A stretch of 64,000 bases of DNA. Source: an archaeon (lineage in GTDB: Archaea > Iainarchaeota > Iainarchaeia > Iainarchaeales > JAAZKV01). Below are positions 1-9,234 of the stretch, piece by piece. Numbering within the stretch: the stretch's first letter is position 1; each line of letters starts with the position of its first letter. The stretch spans positions 8,912-72,911 of the forward strand of contig JBAZFU010000003.1 of assembly GCA_041653195.1 (NCBI GenBank), given 5' to 3'. A program made the position numbers and the translations under genes. The notes below the pieces were generated by a model. It did no database searches. It was not told the DNA's origin and saw nothing but the letters and a program-made list of their open reading frames with translations.

Positions 1-879
1 AACTGCAATTCTCACAACTTCAAAAGGCATTAAATCGTTAATCCTTCTTCCTGCCAGAATTACCTGCGGATGGTAGCCGAGCTCTTCCGCTTTGTAAGTA
101 AGGTAATACGGGTCGACGCCGATGCAGTGGCCGCCCACGAGTCCGGGAGAAAAGTTCAAAAAATTCCATTTCGTTCCGGCCGCTTCGAGAACTTCTTTTG
201 TGTCGATCCCCATTCTCTTGAAAATGAGGCTTAACTCGTTCACGAGCGCGATATTGAGATCACGTTGCGTGTTCTCAATTACCTTCGCCGCTTCCGCGAC
301 TTTTATCGAGGATGCCTTGTAAACTTTTGTAACTTTTGAATAAACTTCCGCAATTTTTTCCAGGCTTTCCTCATCCATTCCAGAAACTATTTTCGTGATT
401 TTATTTATCGCATGTTCCTTGTCGCCGGGATTTATCCTTTCGGGAGAATAACCGACTTTCCATTCTTTTCCGCACTTCAACCCTGAGGCTTTTTCTATTA
501 TCGGAACGCAAAATTCTTCCGTAAGCCCGGGGTAAACGGTGCTTTCAAAAACAACAATGCTTCCTTTTTTCAGGTTCGCACCGACAATCTCGGAAGAGCT
601 CTTTAACGGAGCCAAATCGGGGGCTTTCGCTTTCGTTATCGGCGTCGGCACCGCGACAATTGTGAAATCGCATGATTTGATTATTTTCGGGTCGCTGGAA
701 AAAACCATTTTCGTATTTTTCAAATCCTCGCCCAGAGTTTCGTTGTTCCTGTCAATGCCTGCCGCGAGATCCTTAATTCTTTTTTCGTTTATGTCAAAGC
801 CGTAAACCTGATATTCCTCGGCAAGGCAGAGGGCAAGCGGAAGCCCGACATAACCCAATCCGACTACGCAAATTTTCAT
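1..879 (-). CDS. Nucleotide-sugar (UDP-GlcNAc/GalNAc-type) 6-dehydrogenase, WbpO/TviB/WecC family; 3' end runs off the window
   Basis: Not in the ORF track. Manual translation from ATG 879 gives [14 protein letters not shown] (Rossmann fold), [31 protein letters not shown] and catalytic [12 protein letters not shown]. Confidence 0.88.
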   Translation of the reverse strand, partial: MKICVVGLGYVGLPLALCLAEEYQVYGFDINEKRIKDLAAGIDRNNETLGEDLKNTKMVFSSDPKIIKSCDFTIVAVPTPITKAKAPDLAPLKSSSEIVGANLKKGSIVVFESTVYPGLTEEFCVPIIEKASGLKCGKEWKVGYSPERINPGDKEHAINKITKIVSGMDEESLEKIAEVYSKVTKVYKASSIKVAEAAKVIENTQRDLNIALVNELSLIFKRMGIDTKEVLEAAGTKWNFLNFSPGLVGGHCIGVDPYYLTYKAEELGYHPQVILAGRRINDLMPFEVVRIAV

Positions 880-933
880 AAAAAATAAAACTGTCAGGGG
901 CTTTAAAAAGAATGCGGTTCAATTCACAAAACA

Positions 934-2544
934 TCAAAGAACCCTGTATGCGGCGGAACAGCCGCCGTCGAATATTTTTTCAACAAGGCCTTCTTCTTCA
1001 AGCAGGGGCAATTTTTCGGAAAGCGGATCGTTGTAACAGGTCGAAATTATATAAGAGGGGTTTTTTTCAAAAATTTGGTTTTTCAACTCGTCAAGTGAAA
1101 AGCCTTCCTGCAGATTGAGTTCGATAATTTTTTTTTCTCCGAATCTGGTATAGTAAGTCAAGTCCCTTGCCTTGTTAAACGAGGCGATGTCGTTTATTTC
1201 AGAATTGGAATTTATATAATTGAAGAGTGGTGCATTTTCCTTTTCAACACCCTGATAAAAAAGGGCACTTGTTGATGTCAGCGCGAAAGAGAAAATTGAA
1301 AAAAGCACGAGCGATGAAATAAAAATTGCCTTAAAATTACGGTTCTTTAATTTGGCGAATCCGTTTGTAATCAGAACAGCCGCGAGCGGGAAGAAAGGAA
1401 TGAAATAACGGATGTACCAGCTTTCGTTTCTGACGACCGAAATGGCCGGAATGATTCCTGTCAAAATCGAAAATGTAATCATAAGCAGGAAAATTGTTAT
1501 TCCATCAAAAGCTTTCTTTTTTCTAAAATTTAAAAATGCGCTTTGAAAAACTGAAATAATTTCCTTTGCGAAAAGCAAAAAAATCGGCAGAACTATTAGC
1601 GCGAAAATTATTGAAAGCGGAAGAATCGGGAGGGATGAAATTAGAGGAATTTTTGAGAACGCCGTTGCGGGAGGAAAATCAAAAAAACCGAGATACGCTT
1701 GAAAAAGAACGCTCGGATTAAAAGCTTCAAAAATATTTACGGATAACACGGCATCCGCAGGAGTTCCCGCGCCGTGCGAACCGCCGGTCGGAATTATCGA
1801 AGAAGCCGAGGGCGAAACCAGGAATACGGCAAGCGGAAGCCCTATCGAAACCAAAACTACCGCTGCGAAAAAAATTATTTCTTTCGAAAACCATTTTTTT
1901 TCTTTTTTTTGCAAAGATTTTTTTTCAAAAAGCATGGTTTTTTTTGCAAATAAAACTATAAAGCCTAAAATCATGAAAGGCAATGCGACAAGAAGGTTCA
2001 GCTTCGTTAGCACAACCGCAACAAACGAAACTATCGAAAGAACAGCGAATTTTTTTTCTTCAGCGGGGTTTTTTGAAACTGCGAAAGAGTAAATTGCATA
2101 AAATGAAAATAGCATCACAGCAGCGGCAAACGAATCAACCATATTTACGGAGCCGATTCGAGTCATCCACGGGTTGGCTGCCACAAAAAGAAGCGGAATA
2201 AGGTAATGTTTTGGAAACATTTTTTTGAAAAGCAGGAACGCGAGTAAAAGCTGTACAGCCATCACAATCAGCGGAATTATTTTTACGAACGGCCATGCCA
2301 TCGGAAAGCCCGTCGATCCGAAAAAACCCTCAAGAATGTAATGGTATAAGAGCGGCGGCGAACCGGCAGGAATTGCATCGCCCGAAAGTATCGTTTTTGC
2401 AAGTTCAAGATGATAAACAGAGTCATTGTAAGCCGGTTCAGGGACCACAAAAACTGAGAATACGCGGAAGGCAATTGCCACTAAAACGAGGAAAACAAGG
2501 GCTTTTGCCGAGTTTTGAACCAAAACCTTTGATATCCCAAGCAT
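934..2544 (-). CDS. Multi-pass membrane GT-C glycosyltransferase (ArnT/PMT-like)
   Basis: About 11-13 hydrophobic segments; first loop NDSVYH followed by PPLLYHY motif; late RYFIPFFP motif; soluble C-terminal domain; lies in a glycan cluster. Confidence 0.65.
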   Translation of the reverse strand: MLGISKVLVQNSAKALVFLVLVAIAFRVFSVFVVPEPAYNDSVYHLELAKTILSGDAIPAGSPPLLYHYILEGFFGSTGFPMAWPFVKIIPLIVMAVQLLLAFLLFKKMFPKHYLIPLLFVAANPWMTRIGSVNMVDSFAAAVMLFSFYAIYSFAVSKNPAEEKKFAVLSIVSFVAVVLTKLNLLVALPFMILGFIVLFAKKTMLFEKKSLQKKEKKWFSKEIIFFAAVVLVSIGLPLAVFLVSPSASSIIPTGGSHGAGTPADAVLSVNIFEAFNPSVLFQAYLGFFDFPPATAFSKIPLISSLPILPLSIIFALIVLPIFLLFAKEIISVFQSAFLNFRKKKAFDGITIFLLMITFSILTGIIPAISVVRNESWYIRYFIPFFPLAAVLITNGFAKLKNRNFKAIFISSLVLFSIFSFALTSTSALFYQGVEKENAPLFNYINSNSEINDIASFNKARDLTYYTRFGEKKIIELNLQEGFSLDELKNQIFEKNPSYIISTCYNDPLSEKLPLLEEEGLVEKIFDGGCSAAYRVL

Positions 2545-2663
2545 AAAGCATTTATATAATTGAAGCTTTTAATAAGTATTGATACAAAAACAATCCGCAC
2601 CGGAAGGCGGCAATTTTAGGCGCATTTGCTTTCGAAGCGGGTTTGGATTAGCGGGTTTTTTGA

Positions 2664-3626
2664 ATGCAAAAAATAAATCGTCTCGTTGTAATGGTTCCTT
2701 GCTATAACGAGGAAAAAACAATCGGAGAGCTTCTGAAACGGGTGCCGAAAAAAATTTCGGGTATTTCTGAAATTAAAACGCTTGTTGTTGATGATGGAAG
2801 CACGGATAGAACTGCAGAAGTCGCGAAAAAAACCGGCGCGACAAATGTGCGTTCGCGCTATCCTAATAAAGGTCTTGGCACAAATTTTCGCGAAGGAATT
2901 TTGGAAGCGCTTAAAATGGACGCCGATGTCGTGGTAAATATAGACGCGGATTTGCAATTCAATCCGGAGGACATTCCTTTTCTTCTGGAACCAATACAAA
3001 GCGGGAAGGCCGAAGTTGTCACATGCACGCGATTTGGAAAAAAAGAATTCACTCCGAAAATGCCGCTCATAAAAAAATTCGGAAACTGGTACTTTACAAA
3101 AACCGTTTCAATGGTGACGGGGCAAAAGTTTACGGATACGCAATGCGGCTTCAGAGCGTATACGCGCGAGGCATGCCTTCGGATGAATCTTTTCGGAAAA
3201 TTCACCTATACCCAGGAAGTATTGCTTGACCTGGCAAATAAGGGAATGAGAATTGAAGAAGTTCCTTTGAGAGTTCGTGGAGAAAGGGAAGGAAAGAGCA
3301 GGGTTGTGAAAAACTGGTATTCCTACGGAATAAGGTCGATGCTGATAATAGTTAGAACAATACGGGACAACCATCCGCTCAAATTTTTCGGAAGCATGGG
3401 GGTCGCAGTTTTTTTAGCAGGATTTGTTCCTGGCGCGTGGCTTTTCGTGAGATGGTTGCTTACTGGAAAAACTTCGCCCTTCCAATCGCTTATTCTTTTG
3501 TCCGCGACGCTGATGATAATAGGCTTCATGCTTGTAATTCTGGCGCTGCTCGCCGACTTGCAGGACAGGCAGAGAAAAATACTTGAGGAAATAATTTATA
3601 ACCAAAAAAAAGAGGCGCTGAAATGA
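2664..3626 (+). CDS. GT2 glycosyltransferase, DPM/polyprenol-phosphate hexose synthase-like, with two C-terminal TM helices
   Basis: VPCYNEE, VVDDGSTD, NKGLG, DADLQFNPED, DTQCGFRA motifs. Confidence 0.9.
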   Translation: MQKINRLVVMVPCYNEEKTIGELLKRVPKKISGISEIKTLVVDDGSTDRTAEVAKKTGATNVRSRYPNKGLGTNFREGILEALKMDADVVVNIDADLQFNPEDIPFLLEPIQSGKAEVVTCTRFGKKEFTPKMPLIKKFGNWYFTKTVSMVTGQKFTDTQCGFRAYTREACLRMNLFGKFTYTQEVLLDLANKGMRIEEVPLRVRGEREGKSRVVKNWYSYGIRSMLIIVRTIRDNHPLKFFGSMGVAVFLAGFVPGAWLFVRWLLTGKTSPFQSLILLSATLMIIGFMLVILALLADLQDRQRKILEEIIYNQKKEALK

Positions 3627-4120
3627 GAACGAGCGGCACCATTGAACTGAGCGAGAACACACGGAGAAATCCTGTAAGAGCAGTTGTTAATAAAATTCTT
3701 GAAGCAATTGCAAGCAATGTTCCGATGCTTCCGTCCCAGAGGGTTTGGCTTCAGCGCAGGCGCGGAGTAAAAATAGGAAAAAATGTTTTCATCGGAAGCG
3801 GAGTGCTGATTGATCAGGCGTTCCCGGAAAAAATTTCAATCGGCGACAATGCAACAATACTCGCAAAAACAATAATAATTGCGCACTCGATTTATCCGAA
3901 GCATTTCAAAAAAATTCTGAAAAACAAAACTGCTGCGGTTGAAATTTGCGAAGGCACTTATATTGGTGCCGGCGCAATAATAATGCCGGGCGTAAAAATA
4001 GGAAAATATTCGGTTGTCGGAGCAGGGGGCGTGGTTACGAAAAGCATTCCTCCCTATTCGAAAGCGGTGGGCTCGCCGGCAAAAGTAATCGGAAAAATTG
4101 ACAAAAAGTTGGTCGGATGA
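3623..4120 (+). CDS. Hexapeptide-repeat acyltransferase (sugar O-acetyltransferase-like)
   Basis: IGKNVFIG, IGDNATI, IGAGAIIMPGVKIGKYSVVGAGGVVTK, VGSPAKVI left-handed beta-helix repeats; ATGA overlap with the upstream gene. Confidence 0.88.
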   Translation: MRTSGTIELSENTRRNPVRAVVNKILEAIASNVPMLPSQRVWLQRRRGVKIGKNVFIGSGVLIDQAFPEKISIGDNATILAKTIIIAHSIYPKHFKKILKNKTAAVEICEGTYIGAGAIIMPGVKIGKYSVVGAGGVVTKSIPPYSKAVGSPAKVIGKIDKKLVG

Positions 4121-5277
4121 AAATACTTGTTTTGAGCACTTCTTTTCCGAGATGGAAAGGGGATTATTTCGGAGTTTTCGTTTTGGAACTCGTGAAAGAG
4201 CTTGCGAAAAAAAATTCCGTGAAAGTTTTGACCCCTAATTTTCCCAAAGGAAAGGGCGCGGAAAAAATTAGCGGAGTGGAGGTGCGGCGCTTCGATTATT
4301 TTTTTCCGAGGAGCGCGCAAAAAGTAATTTATCCCGACGGAATGCCGAACCAGCTGAAAAAAAGCGTTCTCGCAAAAATAGAATTTCCTTTCTTTCTCGG
4401 AAAATTTGCCGCAGAGGCTGCAAAAATGGCGAAAACTTCCGACATTATTCTCTGCAATTGGGCCTTGACGGGCTTGATTGCGGAAAAATCAACTGACGGC
4501 AGGGCAAAAATTATTACGGTGCTGAGAGGAAGCGACATGCAGCTAATAGAAAAAAAAGGATTTATGTCAAAAATTCTTTTGAATTCGCTTAAAAAAGCGG
4601 ATGCTGTGTGCGTAGTGACAAACGATTTCGCTGAGCCTCTTCGGAAGCTTGGAATTAAAAAAGTATTTTTTACCCCGAACGGTGTTGACGAACGCGAATT
4701 TGTTCCGACAAAAATTGCGAGAAAAAAACTCGGTTTGGGAAAAGAAAAAATCGTATTGTACATGGGAAGCCTGATTGAGAGGAAGGGAGTAAAATATTTG
4801 ATTGAGGCGATGAAGGGAGTTGACGCAAAACTTGTAATCGGGGGCGACGGTGAGGAAATAAATTTTCTCAAGGAGCTCGCAAAAGCTGAAGGGGTTGACG
4901 CAAAATTTTTGGGACAGGTGCCGACCGATGAAATGCCTTTATGGATTTCTTCATGCGACGTATTTGTTATGCCCTCGCTTTACGAGGGAAGGTCGAATGC
5001 GGTGATTAGGGCGCTTATGGCGGGCAAGGCAACGGTGGCGACAAAAATAAAAGGCACAAAAGAGCTGATTGAAAACGGGAAAACCGGCTATCTTGTGGAA
5101 ACAAAAAATCCTCCCGCATTAAGGAAAAAAATAATGTTCCTGCTAAAGAATGAAAAAATTCGAAACAGAATCGGCTCGAACGCAAAAAAAATCGTGCTAA
5201 AAAAAATTCCTACGTGGAGAGAGTCTGCGAAAAAATATGAAAAGATTTTTAAGGCGGTTTCAGGAAAAAATTTGTAA
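4117..5277 (+). CDS. GT4 family glycosyltransferase
   Basis: MKILVL start, PNGVD, GSLIERKG, DVFVMPSLYEG motifs of the retaining GT-B fold. Confidence 0.9.
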   Translation: MKILVLSTSFPRWKGDYFGVFVLELVKELAKKNSVKVLTPNFPKGKGAEKISGVEVRRFDYFFPRSAQKVIYPDGMPNQLKKSVLAKIEFPFFLGKFAAEAAKMAKTSDIILCNWALTGLIAEKSTDGRAKIITVLRGSDMQLIEKKGFMSKILLNSLKKADAVCVVTNDFAEPLRKLGIKKVFFTPNGVDEREFVPTKIARKKLGLGKEKIVLYMGSLIERKGVKYLIEAMKGVDAKLVIGGDGEEINFLKELAKAEGVDAKFLGQVPTDEMPLWISSCDVFVMPSLYEGRSNAVIRALMAGKATVATKIKGTKELIENGKTGYLVETKNPPALRKKIMFLLKNEKIRNRIGSNAKKIVLKKIPTWRESAKKYEKIFKAVSGKNL

Positions 5278-5293
5278 TAATAGTGATTTTTAT

Positions 5294-5299
5294 AGGTGA
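5294..5299 (+). promoter_or_regulatory. Shine-Dalgarno AGGTGA
   Basis: AGGTGA followed by 5 nt and ATG 5305; supports ATG 5305 over the GTG 5296 call. Confidence 0.6.
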
Positions 5300-5304
5300 A
5301 AAAA

Positions 5305-5844
5305 ATGAAATTACATCTTGGTTGCGGGCATAACAAAATTGAAGGTTACGTTAATTGCGACATATCTCCCACAGTCAAACCTGACAGGATAGTGGATTTG
5401 GAAAACCCCCTTCCTTTCAAAACAAACAGCATTGAAGAAATAATCTGCATTAATGCTATTGAACATCTTGGGAATCCTGAAATTTTGATAGAGGAATGCT
5501 GGAGGGTTTGCAGAAACGGGGCAACAATTTTGATTGAAACAAATCACGCCAGCAATTTCGTTGCAAACAGCCTGCTTGGACACAAGCGCACCGGGTTGAG
5601 CGCCTTTAGTTTTAAGGATTATACTGTCAAACACAAAAGGAATTATTATTCGCAGGCAAAATTCAAGATTAGAATAGAATACGTTTGGTTTAAGCTGCCA
5701 GGAAAATCTGTCATAGAATGGATTCTTGGACTCAATTTTATTTTTTCTGAATATGTTTTGACAAAATTTTTCCCTTTCAATAATATACGCTTTAAATTAA
5801 CAGTTATAAAGAATGAAAAAATCAAACCAAAAAATAAAAAATAA
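5305..5844 (+). CDS. Class I SAM-dependent methyltransferase (type 11-like)
   Basis: KLHLGCG motif I, YVNCD, IEHL, ECWRVCRNG. Confidence 0.8.
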   Translation: MKLHLGCGHNKIEGYVNCDISPTVKPDRIVDLENPLPFKTNSIEEIICINAIEHLGNPEILIEECWRVCRNGATILIETNHASNFVANSLLGHKRTGLSAFSFKDYTVKHKRNYYSQAKFKIRIEYVWFKLPGKSVIEWILGLNFIFSEYVLTKFFPFNNIRFKLTVIKNEKIKPKNKK

Positions 5845-5860
5845 ATAAAATAAGACGGAG

Positions 5861-6394
5861 ATGGGCAATTTGGAAAATTACAAAAATCAATTGTCTGGAA
5901 AAAAGAAAAGCTCAGTAAAGGAACTCTCAAGGTCGCTTCTTTATAATTACCTTACCGGCGGATTGGAATTTGAAAACTGTATAGATGTGGGTTGCGGCAG
6001 AAACATATTTGTAGAGTTAATGAAAAAAAATGGGAAAAAAGCGGTCGGCTTGGATAGAGTCAAAACCGGAAACGATGTTATTGTTGGAGACGTTTTGAAA
6101 ACCCCTTTCAAAGAAAAAAGTTTCGACCTTGTTTTCTCAAGCATGGTGCTTGAGCATGTGGATCACCTCAAATTCATTAAAGAAATCGGAAGAGTGAGCA
6201 GAAAATATTGCATAATAATAACTGTGAAACCCTGCAATGCTTTTTGGGATTCACTCGACCACAAAAGGCCTTACACAAAAAAAGCCCTAAAGAGATTGCT
6301 TGAACTCGAAAACTTTGAGCCCATAAGATTTTTCGATATTCCTTTTGTCAGCACAATCGGAATAGTTGGGAAAAAAATTAACCCAAAAAAATGA
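5861..6394 (+). CDS. Class I SAM-dependent methyltransferase (type 11-like)
   Basis: IDVGCG, VGLD, FDLVFSSMVLEHV, DHKRPY motifs. Confidence 0.85.
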   Translation: MGNLENYKNQLSGKKKSSVKELSRSLLYNYLTGGLEFENCIDVGCGRNIFVELMKKNGKKAVGLDRVKTGNDVIVGDVLKTPFKEKSFDLVFSSMVLEHVDHLKFIKEIGRVSRKYCIIITVKPCNAFWDSLDHKRPYTKKALKRLLELENFEPIRFFDIPFVSTIGIVGKKINPKK

Positions 6395-6419
6395 ACCCTG
6401 CAAAAACCAAAGTTTTTAA

Positions 6420-7841
6420 TTAAATCTTTTTCAAATTGAGTTCTCCTAAAAGAATCATTAAAGCGACAAAAATTGCTGAAAGAACAAAAAATTTCGCAAG
6501 AAGCAGTATTCCTGAGAATTGCAGGAAATAAGACGCTGCAAAAATTGTCGCCCCTGCGGGAATTATTTTCGCGAGGCTGGCCGGCCTCGCCATTCCTTCA
6601 AATTTTGAGGAAACAAAAAACGAGAGGGCTGAAAAACAAATAACTGAGGCAATCATGGTTGATGCTGCTGCTCCGGCAAGCCCGTAAACGGGAATCAGAA
6701 AAATGTTCAGCGCCGCATCGGAAGCTATCGATAAAAAAAGAATCATTATTGGAAGGGCGACTCTTTTTGTAGAAGTAATTATCGCAACAAGCACTGATGA
6801 AAGACCGAAGAATGCCATGCCGATTGAAAGCATTATGAGCGCGGCGGAAGCCGGAACATAATTTGAATTGAAGAGAAGGGACAGCAATTCTCCAGAGGAA
6901 GAACAAACTAACGCCAGGCTAAGGACAAGGAACATTATTGAATATTTCAATGAATTTCTTGAAATTTTTCCGATTGAGCCAGTGTTTTTTTTTCCGTGCG
7001 CCTCCGAGACGAACGGATAAATAAGGAAAGGAATCGCGAGTACCACCATGTTCGGAATCTGCGAAATTGTTTGTGCAGCAACGTAAAGGCCAACGGAATA
7101 ATTATCCCCTATAATTGTTTTTATGAAAAAAAGGTCGGTTGAATAAAAAAGCTGGAGGAAAACTGAGAGAAAAGTTAGCGGAAAAACGTATTTGCAAATA
7201 ACTAACATCGAAACGGAGGATTTGCCTTTCGTTCTGTTTTTGTGAATGAACAATGCGACAACTGCGAGGACACCAGCACTTGCAAGCACAAATCCGCCGA
7301 CGGAACCATAAACTCCGAAACCGAGAACAGCGAGCCCGATCACGAGAAATACTTTGAGAAGATTGTAAGAGATTTGAATTATTGATTCTGAAGAAAATTT
7401 TTTCAAGCCGTTCAAATAACCGAGTGCGACCGCATATATCGAGCTGAACGGGAACACAAATGAAATTACAACAATGTATTTTGAAAGCGAAGCGTCGCCG
7501 AAAAGAAGCGCGATGTTTTCGGCAAAAAAATAAAAAACAATGAACAAAAGCATTGAGACTGCGAGCTGCAGGGAAAAAATTTTTTTGAAAAAGGAAAAAG
7601 CGTTTTTTGTTTCGATTGAAACGAAGTGCGAAGTTGTTTGGAGAAAAGAATTTTTGAAAATTACAGTAAATACTGTTGCGAGCGAAATTATAAGGCCGTA
7701 GATTCCGAATTCTGCCGGCGTGAGAATAAATTTTCCGAGAACTATGTAAACTGCAAAACCGGAAAGAAAAAGCGTTGCGTTTCCAGCGACAAGCCAGAAG
7801 AATCCCGACTTCACCCCCTTAAAACCGACACTTTCGGACAT
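6420..7841 (-). CDS. Oligosaccharide flippase (Wzx/MOP superfamily polysaccharide biosynthesis protein)
   Basis: About 12-14 TM segments, EFGIYGL, VGLYVAA, LIPVYGLAGAAAST motifs. Start moved to ATG 7841 because the longer ORF overlaps the divergent MTAP gene. Confidence 0.85.
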   Translation of the reverse strand: MSESVGFKGVKSGFFWLVAGNATLFLSGFAVYIVLGKFILTPAEFGIYGLIISLATVFTVIFKNSFLQTTSHFVSIETKNAFSFFKKIFSLQLAVSMLLFIVFYFFAENIALLFGDASLSKYIVVISFVFPFSSIYAVALGYLNGLKKFSSESIIQISYNLLKVFLVIGLAVLGFGVYGSVGGFVLASAGVLAVVALFIHKNRTKGKSSVSMLVICKYVFPLTFLSVFLQLFYSTDLFFIKTIIGDNYSVGLYVAAQTISQIPNMVVLAIPFLIYPFVSEAHGKKNTGSIGKISRNSLKYSIMFLVLSLALVCSSSGELLSLLFNSNYVPASAALIMLSIGMAFFGLSSVLVAIITSTKRVALPIMILFLSIASDAALNIFLIPVYGLAGAAASTMIASVICFSALSFFVSSKFEGMARPASLAKIIPAGATIFAASYFLQFSGILLLAKFFVLSAIFVALMILLGELNLKKI

Positions 7842-7905
7842 GCTAAAATTAATTACTTGGCCGAATTTAAAAAATAGTTGGTACACAAAAAATAATTGTG
7901 ACAAA

Positions 7906-8649
7906 ATGATCGGAATAATAGGCGGCTCGGGATTAGAAGACCCAAAACTGCTACATAATGCAAAAGAGGTCAAAATAAAAACTCCTTTTGGAAAGCATTC
8001 GCCGATAAAAAAAGGAAAAATAAACAAAGTTGAAGTGGCGATTCTTTCAAGACACGGATACAAGCACGAATATTCCCCAACAACCGTGCCCTACAAAGCA
8101 AACATTTGGGCGTTAAAAAAATTGGGTTGCAGAGCAATAATTGCTACAAGCGCATGCGGTTCGTTGAAAGAAGAAATAAAACCCGGAACATTTTCACTCC
8201 CTTCACAATTTCTTGACAGAACCCATAACAGAGAACAGAGTTATTCGGAACACGGAAAAGTGCTTCACATTTCCATGGCAGAACCTTTTGAAACCGAAAT
8301 AAAAAAAATACTTTTAAAAAAATGCAAAACTCTTGGATATAATTGCAGTTCTGAAACAACTGTGGTGACAATTGAGGGGCCAAGGTTTTCAACAAAAGCA
8401 GAAAGCAATTTCTATCGCTTGCTTCAATGCGATTTGATAAATATGACAACCGTGCCGGAGGTTTGTTTAGCAAAAGAAATTGAAATCCCTTACCAAGTAA
8501 TAAATCTTGTAACGGATTATGATTGCTGGCGCGACGGAACAAAAGCTGTTTCATTTGAAGAAGTGCTCAAAGTAATGAAAAAAAACGCTGAAAAAGTTAA
8601 GAAATTAATTGTCGAAGCGTTGCCGGAAATAAACAAAATATACAATTAA
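7906..8649 (+). CDS. mtnP: S-methyl-5'-thioadenosine phosphorylase
   Basis: MIGIIGGSG, SRHG, YKANIWALKKLG, FLDRT, EGPRFSTKAES, NMTTVPE, VTDYD. Confidence 0.92.
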   Translation: MIGIIGGSGLEDPKLLHNAKEVKIKTPFGKHSPIKKGKINKVEVAILSRHGYKHEYSPTTVPYKANIWALKKLGCRAIIATSACGSLKEEIKPGTFSLPSQFLDRTHNREQSYSEHGKVLHISMAEPFETEIKKILLKKCKTLGYNCSSETTVVTIEGPRFSTKAESNFYRLLQCDLINMTTVPEVCLAKEIEIPYQVINLVTDYDCWRDGTKAVSFEEVLKVMKKNAEKVKKLIVEALPEINKIYN

Positions 8650-8667
8650 AAAAATTGGCCAATTCAC

Positions 8668-9177
8668 TTACATGAATCCGAAAAGAGAAAATAAACCTAC
8701 TGTAAAAACCGTTACAATAATTCCCGCAATTGTAACGCCTATAATTTCGGCCACGAAAAACTTTTTGTAACCCGTGCCGAGCAGGTTTCCTATAAGCGCG
8801 CCTGTCCAAGCGCCAGTTCCCGGAAGCGGAATAGAAATGAACAAAGCTAATCCTATGACGCCGTATTTTTCAATCAACTTGCGAGAATTTCTTTGGGTGC
8901 GCAAAACAATTTTTTCATACTGCTTTTTTATCCAATTAATTTTTAAAAAAACAAACAATATTTTATCCACAAAAAAATAAACTATGATTCCTGCCGCAAT
9001 GTTTGCCAGAACACAAACTATAAAAACTTCTAAAACTGGCATCCCCAAACCCTGCACCGACCCGAGAACGGGAACATTTTCGACCGAATTCAAGACACCA
9101 ATCGGAATTGCCCAACGCAATTCAAGAAACGGAACCGAAGAAAGCAAAATAAGTATTAAAATTTTGTCAATCATCAA
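8668..9177 (-). CDS. Small multi-drug export family membrane protein (COG2426-like)
   Basis: PFLELRWAIPIG and FISIPLPGTGAWTGAL motifs; 4 TM segments. Confidence 0.85.
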   Translation of the reverse strand: MMIDKILILILLSSVPFLELRWAIPIGVLNSVENVPVLGSVQGLGMPVLEVFIVCVLANIAAGIIVYFFVDKILFVFLKINWIKKQYEKIVLRTQRNSRKLIEKYGVIGLALFISIPLPGTGAWTGALIGNLLGTGYKKFFVAEIIGVTIAGIIVTVFTVGLFSLFGFM

Positions 9178-9234
9178 AAAATTAGTGCGAAGTAAAACTA
9201 TAAAAACAGGTTCGTTCTAATTAATACGCGAAAA

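Noticed and set aside
7842-8063. N-terminal extension of the 547-aa flippase ORF and the 7840 start of MTAP
   Set aside because: The two calls overlap head-to-head. Family-like sequence starts at ATG 7841 (minus) and ATG 7906 (plus), leaving a normal 64-bp divergent gap.
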